NCBI GenBank assembly: GCA_043228905.1
Contig: JBHGNT010000005.1
Span: 8,494,001 to 8,558,000, forward strand
Length of the DNA: 64,000 nt
Origin: Azolla caroliniana
Taxonomy: Eukaryota > Plantae > Polypodiophyta
Direction: 5' to 3'
In this document: in pieces, positions 13,690 through 24,599 of the stretch
How positions within the stretch are numbered: position 1 is the stretch's first letter
How the letters are laid out: each line of letters begins with the position of its first letter
Notes under the pieces: generated by a model
What the model was told of the DNA's origin: nothing
Seen by the model: only the letters and a program-made list of their open reading frames with translations
Databases searched by the model: none
Position numbers and translations under genes: made by a program

Positions 13690-16600
13690 ATGACGAGACC
13701 AACGCACGACCTGGTTACAGACCGAGCTCGACGCCTCGCCGAACGGCAAAGACGGCGTGAGACTTTCCAGCAAGCAGCGCACAAAATTCGCTCGGATCGT
13801 TCGTTCTCCAACGAGATCCGGAGAGTCGCGGAGGAATCTCTTCGGTTACGGCAAACTCGCGACCAGGACGACGAAAGCAGTCTAAGTAGTCTCCGGGAAA
13901 CCGAACGCCTCCTCGAGGCGCTGGCAAGCGGAGAGAACGAGGCAGAAGCCTTTTCAGCTTACGAATCGGATTCGGAAGGGGGATACAGCGTGCACACGAA
14001 CTACCGGAGCAGCAACGATACCCCCGGCGGCCCGGAGGACGACGGGTCGGATACCGTGCCGACTCCAGAACCGGAACCGCTCGACCAGGGCTATCCGGAA
14101 CCGCAAACGGAAGCCGTCAACCCACCAACACCGGAAGTGGAAGAAGCAAAGCCACCGACACCAACAAAAGAGCCGGCGAGGGCACCGGAAGAAGAGCCGG
14201 TGAAGGAACCGGAAAAAGAACCGGAAAAAGCACCGGCAAAAGAACCGGAAGTGGAGCCGGAGAGAGAACCGGAAAGATATCAACAAACGCCACTAAACCA
14301 CGGCCTAATACTGGACGACGACATGCCGTTCCAATACTCAAAGTATCGCGATGATCCGGATGCGGAAGCGCATGTTCATGCCTTCGAGCAGACATGGGAA
14401 GCAAATCACACGTCCCAGCGAATGACACCGGAGGAAGAAGAACGCTCGAAGATAGCGGAATTCGGGGTCACGTTGGAAGGACCAGCAACACGATGGCGGC
14501 GGACGCAGGACCCGGCGACCATCACAACCTTTGCAGAATTAAAAGCAAAATTCTTGCATTTTTTCCACAAGGAGGTCGACCAGACGACAATGGTGGGCCT
14601 GTTTTATACGATCCGACAGGAGGCAGGGGAAAGCATTCCCCAATTCGTCATCCGTTTCCAACGAATGCATAGCCAGCTTGCCCGTGCACCCCCGGAGGAG
14701 GAATTACGGACGATATTTTTAAACGCACTCCGGGAACCGTTACGCACGGTGTGTACGGTAATCGACTTTCGAGGAAGCACCATTGACCAGGTCATTGACC
14801 GGGTCAGAGAAATAGAAAAGTCAAGCTCATGGCTTACACTGGGAGCACTGCAACGGGCATTACCCACAGATGAAGATCTCCGGTTCCGGCAGGCAATTCA
14901 ATGCACAATCTGCTTGAATGCCGGACACTCGGCAGTGGAGTGCACCATGCGAACTCAGTGTGTGATTTGTCAATCCAAGAGTCATACAACGGACCGGTGC
15001 GAGTATAACCTGTTAAACCGACAAGCACCACCCGTCCGACGGATCGAGCCAAGAAGCAGCCGAGACGAAGATGATGATCGTTGGCAAAGAATGAACCGGT
15101 ACCGACCGGCACAGGATGTCCGGTACGGAGACAGACAAGAGAATGATGGCCGGTACGGGAATCGGCATGATAACTACGACCGGTATGAGCGATCGGACCG
15201 TTATCGGGAGTCCAACAGACGACACGAGCAATACGACAGAGACCATTCCCCTGGTTACCGCAGGCACCAGGAAGACTACGGCCGATTTTACGATCCACCA
15301 CGACCGGACTACCGAAATAAAAATAATAATAATAAGAAACGTAATTTCAAGAAAGGTGGTCACACTAGGGACCCGGAACATGGAACCCCAAGGAGCCAAC
15401 CGGCACAGAACGCACCACTCACTACGGGACCGACTCCGGATACCAGCAATGCTGAATCCAGCAATACCCGTAAAGAGTACTGCTATTACTGCAGGCAGGA
15501 AGGCCACTACAGTAACCAGTGCCCGGCAAAGAGCTACGATAAACGACCAGCAGTTAATATGGTGGTTCCGGAAGTGGCGGATTTACAGCAAGTAACCACA
15601 CGGTCGAAAGGCATGGCCAAAGAGTGGGAAACACAAGAGGCCATACGAAAACAGGCGACGGAATGGGTGAAGGAAGCCAATGAAAGGAATGTCGCGGACG
15701 CGGAACGGCAAAAGGCGAATACCATAGGGAGCGCCGGCGGTAGCCACGCAGAAAACGAGACATGGCAAGCACTGCAAGAATGTCAGATCACGTTGCCATT
15801 AGGAAGACTCTTGCAGCTCGTGCCGCGATTTACGGAAGGACTAAAAACGGTCATGACAGACGGTATAGCCCCACCGGCACCAGTCCTCTTCTCGAATCCG
15901 GAGGAGGGACCGACGGTGGTGGACACTAGTAGTCCGGTGATTACAGCTATTGTCAAAGGGCACGAACTTCCCGGCACAGTAATCGATGGAGGCTCCGGGG
16001 TGAACGTAATAAGCCTCCGCACGTGTGATGCCTTGGGTATACATGAATGGGAGCCATGTCCGTTCTGGCTACGGATGGCGGATACGAGCTCTGTACGGCC
16101 GACGGGCTTAATACGGAAATTAGAGGTCACCATAGGAGGTCACACATTTCACATCTCGGCTGTAGTGCTGCAGCTACAGGCGCAAGGCACGTACCCACTG
16201 TTGCTGGGCAGACCATGGTTGAAAACAGCACACATCAAGCAAAATTGGCGGAAAAATATGATTACCTTCCGGCGCGGAAAAGCCAAGGTCCGGGTACCGA
16301 CACAACCACGGACGAGCAAGGGTAAGGAATGCACACCGCTGTATGCGGAATGCGTGAACATGCTTGAAGGGTTGGCAGACGACGAAGAAGCCCAGTACTT
16401 GGAGGAACACCCGAAGATCGTACCACTTTTCGAGATTGACGTGGCTGAAGCCGTAGCGCCATACTTGCCGCAGCGGGACGAAACCGAAGCCGAACCAGAC
16501 AAAGATTCGATTCGGGAATTACGGCAAGCACAGGAAGCGTTGGAACGGGAAATGGCTGTTTCCCAACGGGTAAAAACATCCCAGCTCGACGAAGTGAACC

Positions 16601-19544
16601 TAGGAAGCAAGGACGAATCAAAGCCGGTACACATCGCCAAAGAAATGAAGCCGGAAGATAAAGCGGCGATGATCAAACTTCTCACGGAGTTTCGCGACGT
16701 ATTCGCCTGGTCATACGAAGACATGCGAGGGCTGGACCCTCAATTATATCAGCATCAGATCCACATAGGCAAGGACGCGAAACCAGTGGCGCAAAGACGT
16801 TACCGAATGAACCCCAACTACGCCGCCAAAGTGAAGGAGGAAATCAACAAACTCCTAAGAGTGGGCTTCATCCGGCCGGTAAAGAAAGCGACGTGGCTGA
16901 GCCCCATCGTCGTCGCCCCAAAGAAGAACTGTAAAATCCGCGTGCGTGTAGATTACAGGAAACTAAATGCAGCCACAATTACGGATGCATTCCCTCTTCC
17001 GTTCACGGATGGAGTACTGGATGCCGTCGCCGGTCATGAAGTTTATAGTTTTTTAGACGGGTTCAGCGGATACAATCAAATCCGGATGCACCCTGACGAC
17101 CAGGAGAAGACAACGTTCGTCACCGAATGGGGGGTGTTTGTGGCCGAAGTAATGATGTTCGGCCTAAAAACGGCACCAGCAACTTTCCAGCGAATCATCA
17201 TGGAGATCTTCGGCGAATACATTCCTGCCTTCATGCAGGTTTTCCTGGATGATTTTGCAGTCTATAGCCGGGGAAAAGACCATTTGCAGCACCTACGGTT
17301 ATGCCTTGAAAAGTGTAGGTTATACCGGCAAAGCTTAAACCCAACAAAATGCATCTTTGGGGTTTCAAGTGGAATCTTACTGGGACACATTGTAAGGAGG
17401 GCATTGCGGTCGACCCGGACAAAGTAAACGCGATACTAGGGGCACCGGCGCCGAAAACGGCCAAAGCACTAAGCCGATTTTTAGGACAGATCCGGTGGCA
17501 CAGCCGGATGCTCCGTCACTTGGCTGACTTGGCTACACCATTACACGCCGCGGTACATCGGACACCGTTCCAATGGACGGATACGGAGGATAAGGCATAC
17601 AATGCCCTGAAGGTACTTTTGTCGCAAGCACCCGTCGTGCAGCCTCCGGATTAGAGCAAGGAATTTCATGTGTTCGTTGACGCTTCCGACATCGCCATCG
17701 GCAGCGCCTTAATGCAACTTACGGAGCCCAAATGGTACCGGCCGGTATATTACGCCAGCCGGAAGCTGTCCCAAGCGGAGAAGAACTATTCGACGACGGA
17801 ACGGGAGGCCCTGGGCATGATCTACAGTGTCACAAAGTTTCGTCATTACCTATTGGGAAGGAAGTTTTCCTTTCATGTGGATCACTCGGCGCTCCTGTAC
17901 TTAGTGTCCAAGGCGTCCCTGACCGGTAAGTTGGCCCGTTGGACCTTGCTGTTGCAGGAGTTCGAATTTGAGATCTTCCACCGGCCCGGTATCCAGCATG
18001 CCGTAGCAGACTACCTGAGCCGGTTAGAGTCCGGAGAATCAGGCGCCGGAGTAGCGGATGAATTCCCGGACGCAGAGTTATTCCGTATCACCCCGGAAAC
18101 GGCAGCGGACGACACGGTGGCATCAGAAGATAGGTGGCTGACAAACATGCACCAGTTCCTAAGCACGGGCCTGCCACCGGAGGAAATGAACCGGGACGAG
18201 AGGAAACGACTGGCGGTGCAGAGCCGCAATTTCTGTCTGTTACGGGACACTCTCTACCACAAAGGAGCAGATGGAATATGGAGACGGGCAGTCCGTAGTG
18301 ACGAGAAACAAGTAATCTTACGGGAAGCACACTGTGGGGTTGCCGGAGGACACTATGCCGGGGAAGCGACGGCAAGGAAAGTATGGCAGAGCGGCTTATG
18401 GTGGCCCACGACGTTAAAAGACGCCGTCAAGTATGCTAAGGAATGTGACCTATGCCAACGAATGGGCCAGCCTACGGAGCAAGCACGGATGCCACACCAA
18501 CCGGTACTTCCACTAGAGCCATTCCAGAAGTGGGGGCTGGATTTTGTCGGACCGTTCAAGCCACCGGCAATGAGAACGGGTAATCGTTATGTCATCGTGG
18601 CAACAGATTATTGCACTAAATGGGTGGAGGCTAAGGCCTTGAGAGACAATACCGCGTCATCCACAGCAAAATTCCTGTACGAGAACATTTGGTGCCGGTA
18701 TGGATGTCCGATTGAATTAATCAGCGACCAAGGAGGGCATTTCCTCGGCCAGGTAGTTGAAAGCTTAACAACGTTCTATGCCGTGGTCCATAAACGGAGC
18801 ACACCGTACTACCCACAAGCGAACGGGTTAGCAGAGTCCACCAACAAAACGCTGCAGAACATTCTCCGCAAAATCATCAATGAAAACCGGACGGACTGGG
18901 ATACAAAGCTCCATAGCGCGCTATGGGCGTACCGAACGGCATACAAAACAAGTATCCGGACAACGCCGTTCCGGTTAGCGTTCGGCTTAGAGGCGGTCAT
19001 GCCGGTGGAGTTTCAGGTACCAAGCTTACGGATCCAACTACGGGAACGGCTGAATGAAAAGGAGTCGGAGGAAATGCGGCTAGCAGCACTATGCGAACTG
19101 GAGGAGCAACGGCTGGCCAACATCCTACACATGGAACTGGAGCAACGACGACGGAAAGCGTTCGTTGACCGTCACCGAAAAGGTAATGAAAAGATGTTCG
19201 AAATCGGAAAGCCGGTACTAGTATTCCAAACGAGGATGGGCAAGATGCCGGGTAAACTCCGGTTTAGATGGACAGGCCCGTATTGGCTGACACGGGAATA
19301 CAACGGGTCCTATCAGTTAGGGACACTTGCCGGTGAAGTGCTAGGCAAGTGGGTCAACGGATTTAGACTAAAGCCCTATAAAGGACCGATGCCAAATAAC
19401 CCGTTTATGCAGCCCACCGGCACTATACCGGCAACGGTACGGATGGAAGAAAAAGACGACGGGGAACCCGTAGCAGAGGCGAAGGAAGACACGGCAACCC
19501 GTAAGGAAAACGGTAAGGGTCCGAAGGGACCTACGGATGTGTAA
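13690..19544 (+). pseudogene. Gypsy gag-pol polyprotein (originally one frame; one frameshift ~17392, one TAG at 17652)
   Basis: Gag CCHC knuckles; protease VIDGGSGVN; RT VDYRKLNAAT, FLDGFSGYNQI, FLDDF; RNase H VDAS/TERE/VDH/VAD; integrase HHCC, WGLDFVGP, ISDQG, NGLAE, WTGPY. GHIV(S)KEG is broken by a small deletion and PPD-TAG replaces PPDW. Confidence 0.95.
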
Positions 19545-19926
19545 GATCACATACCGTCATTTAAAAGTTAAAAAGAAAAAAAAAGAAGAAGAAAAGAAAT
19601 CATTAAAAATCGAGGTATGAACGGACGTGAAAGCAAGGAGCGAAAAGGTACGAAGTGGGCATTTAAGAGCCGCCACGCTACTTAATACTAAATTGGTACA
19701 CGACGTGTGCATGCTCGAAAAAGGCGCCAAAACGCACAAAGAAGAAGCAGAACGCATGGAGACCTTTTCATTTCGCAAGCCAAGAAGCACAGAAGCACCA
19801 AGGCGGTGGAAGCTTACCAAACGCGAACTTGCACTCAGAGAACCCCCACGTTCGGAACTCTCTATCTCTCGCTCTCACTCTCATCACCACTCTACCTCGC
19901 CATCTTTCCTCGACCTCGAAGCAGAC

Positions 19927-22632
19927 ATGGAACCACAAACGCTGTCGGAAGCGGCCAGGAAATGGTTCAGGCAACACGGACTGGATGGGTTCTTGACCAT
20001 CATGGAGGCACCACCGCACAGAGAAGCCGACCGGGTCATCAAGGAGCTCGACACAGAAGTCATCACCGAGGAAGCGATCCGTGCGCTAACAGGCCTTCCG
20101 GAGGGAGGTATTTTTCGGATTGATAACCCAACCTCGGAGCAACTCATCCGATATTTCGGTGAGTACTCTGTAGTCGGCAAAGGCTATCGAACGCAGGGCG
20201 GCGAAGATCCGCTATTCAGGGAGATAGCTCGAGTGCTCCATGAGTACGGCCACGTGTACCCCCGACCCCCTGTCATGCCAAAAAATCGGGCAGGGATGAT
20301 CATAGCAACCTATGAAGGGATCAAGGTGGACTGGCCGGTGTTGATTGCAGACGGTTTGTGCGCGGCAATCGACATGGTACGAGGAAAGGACGGCAAGGAG
20401 GGCCGGAAGCTGTGGCATGCCGTAGCTCAGTGGATAACATTGCTCGTGCCGCCGGTCGAGACCGTTCAGCCAAAGAAGCGGCCAAGAGTATCGGAAGGAA
20501 GCACCTCGAAGCCGGCGTCCAAACGACAACAGCTGCTGGCGTCGAAGGCGACGAAAGGGAAGAAACGGCTCCCAGAACCGGAGGAGGTGTCACCGGTCCG
20601 ACCCGTTAAGATAACCATACGGCGGCCGGGACAGAAGGAACCGGAACCCTTGACGGCACAGAAACATGCCGTTACCCAGGAAGAGGAAACGGAGGAGCCA
20701 GAAGAGCACCTCCAACGACGGTCAAGAAGTAGGACCGCCGGGACAGCGGGGGAGCGTTCGTACCCGCAAGAGGAAGAAACGCCCCCAACTCAACCTGAGC
20801 AAACCACAAGGGAGGAACCGGAACCGGTGCGTATGGAACCGGCCTTGTCGACTTCTATAGAAGAAGTCATTCCAACGGCTTTGGAGACGGCGAGAACCGG
20901 AACTCAACAGCCGGCGAGCCCAGCCAGCACACACGGCGGCCAATGAGTAGAACCAGAACGGCAGATACAGGCACTCAGGCCAGAAAACTCCACAGTGAAC
21001 GAGCCGACCCGACCAGTACAGCAGCAAGGCACTAGTAGCATGTGGCTACGGTGGGTAGGCGAGCAGATCGCTGGAGCGGTCGAGTACATAGAGGCGGAGG
21101 AGAGAGCGCACCACGAACGGTTGCTCGTCACAACCGTAGATCTAGAGACGGCCCGGTCTAGAATCCGGAGCCTGGAACAAGACTTGGACAGGGTCACAAG
21201 GGAAATGGCTCAATTGGCTTTGACAACACAAGTCCAAGCACCGGTGACTCCGGGCAATGTACAGAATAAAGCGTCAGATCAACCTGTACATAGCAATCAG
21301 ACCCCGGCAACGGAAACCGTTCCGGAGAGAAATGCGGCACAAGCCCAAGAGCTTGCGGATTTAAAGGATGAGCTAGCTGCCCAAGAAGCGCTGAGGAGCC
21401 GCGAAAGAGAGTTGAAGACGGCAGCGGAGGCAGAACTCAAAAAGACTGTTGAGAATCTATGCAGGGCCGAGGAGAGCTTACGAAAAGGCCACCAAGCGTA
21501 CGACCGGCTCAAGGAGGAGAAGGAGAAAATGTTGCAAGAGAAGGACAAGCTCCGGAGGAACGCCGAAACAGAAGTAGAGCGCCTGAAAGAGGAACTCCGG
21601 CAGGTAAAGGACCGGGAGGACCGGAACCATCGCCAGATCAACGACAAGCTCAAACAGAAAACGGAGGAATTTGAGCACTTGCACCGAGAGTATAAACGGT
21701 TGCAAACGGAGCACAAGGAACAGACGGATGAGCTCCGGCAAGCAGTTGATCGGACCGCAACAACATACGCTAAGGAACAAGCGGAAACCAGAAGACGGTT
21801 GGAAGAGGCGGAGAAGGTTCAGACAGAGCTCCTCAAGCAACAGCAGGCGGAAAAAGAAAGAGCGACGGAGGTACTGCAGGGGCTGCAGACAACATATCAA
21901 GGGCAGCTGACGCGCTACAGAGAGCAGGCGGAGGATACGGCTAATCTCATCAAGCAGTTGAAGGAGGAACGACAAGTTGTGGAAAGTAGAGCGCAAATGG
22001 GAGCAAGTCGCATCCAGGATATCATGCGGGCCTGGTTGAACCAGACCAAGAGCTTGATTGACAACAGTTCCGTCAAATGGTGGACCAAGTGGGCCACGAA
22101 CGCGGCAGAACTCCAATTGCTCCGGGCCGACGTAGAGAACCGGCGGAAGGAGGGAGATGATTGCTATATGCTGACTTCCGAAGACTTCACCGGCATAAGA
22201 GATGAGTTGGTCGAAGACTTTCAAGCCTTGGCAGAGGACCAACTAGGGCAAGTCCGGCAACTTGTAGCTCAGCTGGACGACGACAGGCTGGAGGCGCAGA
22301 TCCAGTTTGAAAGCTACGAGAGGTCCCGGATCCGGGAAGAGAAAGCACGAGAACCGGTTACGGTCAACCTCAGTGATGAGGAACCGTTACTGGAAGGAGA
22401 CCGGACCGGAAGCAGTCAAACGGGGATGCTGGAACAAACGGAGCAGCCGCCTATAGAGCAGCCGGAGTCAGAGAAACAAACGGAGGAGCCGCCTATAGAG
22501 CAGACGGAGCAATCTCAGTCCCAACCGCAACCACAGCAGCAGCAGCAGCAAGCACAACCGCAACAACCACAACCAGAAGAACAAGTGGAAACTCTGGAAC
22601 AAAGTATTTTGGACAATTTGGGTGAACAATGA
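19927..22632 (+). CDS. Extra (env-position) ORF of the young Gypsy: globular N-domain, Pro/Glu linker, long coiled coil; one in-frame TGA at 20944
   Basis: ORFs 19627-20946 and 20995-22632 share a frame and are separated only by TGA; ITEEAIRALTGLP and VDWP motifs resemble plant retroelement accessory ORFs; E/K/Q/R heptad-rich region; no clear transmembrane segment. Confidence 0.75.
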
Positions 22633-22665
22633 AGGGGCCGAGAAGGGTTCGACGTACAAGGTACT

Positions 22666-22682
22666 GTCCCACGGGCGTGCCA
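22666..22682 (-). promoter_or_regulatory. Antisense PBS-like site (sense tRNA-Arg 3' end) at the PPT position
   Basis: Plus strand GTCCCACGGGCGTGCCA-TG-LTR; minus strand LTR-CA-TGGCACGCCCGTGGGAC. Confidence 0.75.
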
Positions 22683-22684
22683 TG

Positions 22685-23103
22685 TGTTACCGGCCGGCAA
22701 GGAGTCCAAAATACGGAGTGAAGGAATTAATTAAGTATGGTTGTAAATAAGCATAGTGTGGACGGACGGACTGGAAACGGTATGCCGTTCCAGATCCGGA
22801 CGGATCCCGAATAGGTGCGATAGGCACCGTTTTGTACTACGGGCCGGAAACCTATTTAAAGGCCCGGACCCCATTGTAATCGCAGCGGATAATTAATAGA
22901 GCATATGGTGTTTATACTTGTGTGTTGATTTCCGTTCTGTACTTACTGTTATATCTTACGCGTGTAATTAACCAAAGCACTCTAATCGTGTAACCTACGT
23001 AAGTCGGTGTAATCGTTGAATCTTAATCCTATGCCGTAATCACCCTTTGGTGAAGTGTCTCTGTGACACCTTGTGTTAGGCCTTGTCCGGTCAGAGAATA
23101 ACA
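22685..23103 (+). repeat. 3' LTR of the young Gypsy
   Basis: 418/419 identical to the 5' LTR; followed by TSD CTCAT. Confidence 0.98.
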
Positions 23104-23855
23104 CTCATCCTGCATGGCACTTAACCACTTGCAGTTGTGGGTGTCTCTCTTGGCTCCTTCGAAGTTTTCCGGTTCCCCCTCGTCGGTCAGCAACACATTC
23201 TCTGCATCCGGAAATCTCCGGGGGGCTCTTCTCTCCCTGAGAGGATATCTTCTTCCTTGGTCTCCGACCACCGGTTCCTCCGTTTGTTCTTCATCCGAAT
23301 CCGATTCAGGGTCTTGTCCGGTTTCGGTGTCGGATTCTTCTTCCCCGATTGGTTCAGTTTCTTGTCTGAATCCGGCCGGTTCATCATCGTCCTCGTTTGA
23401 CATCCGGCTTCCAACTGGATTTGTCCTAGCATCTTCCCACCGATCTCTGTTGGTCGACCCGGAGTGCATTCTTTTCTTCTCCGACTCCCAATCGACAATG
23501 TTCTTGTTGTCCATGAAGACTATATCTCGACTCTGGAAGACCTTCTTGTCGACCAAGTCCCACACTCAGTAGCCAAACTCATCATCGCCGTATCCAAGGA
23601 ATATGCATTGCCGGGACTTCAGATCCAACTTTGCTCTCTTGTCCTATGCAACATGCGTGTAAGTGAGACATCCGAACACCTTCAGATGATGGTAAGACAC
23701 GTCTTTACCGGCCCATACTTTCTGCGGTGAGTTTCCTTCCAAGGGCGCTGAGGGCGATTTGTTTATCATGCACGTCATTGTCATTAGCGCCTCAACCAAA
23801 AACTTCTTGGGCAGCTTAGCATGTGCCAACATGCTCCAGACTCTGTCCATTACGG
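23104..23855 (-). pseudogene. Outer Copia pol: integrase C-terminal part and INT-RT linker
   Basis: MDRVWSMLAHAKLPKKF, HLKVFGC, LWDLVDKKVFQSRDIVF, RRYPLRERRAP, DEGEPENF...WLSAMQDE. Confidence 0.9.
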
Positions 23856-24534
23856 TGTCGTGTTGTTACGCGCGTGCGTGGAGAACGAGGCGGGACCATG
23901 GGGGCCTTGGACCGAGAAATAACCGAATGAGAAGAGGGGAAGGAAACTATTGATGTACTTCACACGCGCACAGACACATAGATTCATAGGAGTTGCAACT
24001 AACTCTAAACAATGGAGACAGAACGAATGTATATGTATATACAAATCAAGGAGTTACAACCGGCAAGCCGGCGAGTGATAGGCTCCGACCCCTGCACACA
24101 CACAGACACACAGACACGGAACGCGAGATGGAGACTCTGCCGGAAACATTCGGGCGTTCTGCGGAGCAGAGTCAGCGTCCCGAAAACCTGCACAGAATGA
24201 CTATGGAGAAGACAGAGGAGAAGAGCTCGGTTCTAGTCCGACAACATTTTGTCCTCCGCAAAACGTGATACCCCCCATTTACAATACCTCTCCCTCTCTT
24301 TTATAGCCCAAGGAGGGAGGTCGTTACCACCCGTTACATCATGTTTATTCCCTGTCCTTTCAGACATGGATACGCTTTGATTTTCTCCCCTAATGAATGT
24401 GTGCTACCTAGGATTTCATCTCAGCCGACCTTTACCTATCTACGTACTATACAACAAAACTTATGCCCACGTGTAAGGGCCGGTTTACGCACGTTATACC
24501 CGGTTTCCGCCTAGGGACTGTTTTCTCCACGACA
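23856..24534 (-). repeat. 3' LTR of the Trp-primed Gypsy
   Basis: Aligns with 29686-30366 with dozens of substitutions; G-rich PPT-like GGTGGCGGCGGA precedes it on the minus strand. Confidence 0.93.
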
Positions 24535-24599
24535 TCCGCCGCCACCTAACCGCGCATCCACCGGTATACACCAAAATTAGACTCTTGCCAGAGAAGACC

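Larger units (their letters stand above)
13218..23103 (+). mobile_element. Young Ty3/Gypsy non-chromovirus (Athila/Tat/Selgy-like) element with an extra 3' ORF
   Basis: 419-bp LTRs with a single mismatch, TSD CTCAT (13213-13217 / 23104-23108), PBS, domain order gag-PR-RT-RH-INT; inserted at the start of the Copia RT (WLSAMQDE|VDYLHEN rejoins across it). Confidence 0.97.

Noticed and set aside
19927-22632. Retroviral envelope gene
   Set aside because: No signal peptide or transmembrane helix; the product is hydrophilic coiled coil.
22640-22682. A complete tRNA gene before the 3' LTR
   Set aside because: Only a T-arm-like and 3' acceptor-strand segment is present; no D-arm, anticodon arm or 5' acceptor strand.
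13715-22709. Numerous antisense and overlapping ORFs in the GC-rich Gypsy
   Set aside because: Shadow frames of a GC-rich, repetitive coding strand with no independent motifs.
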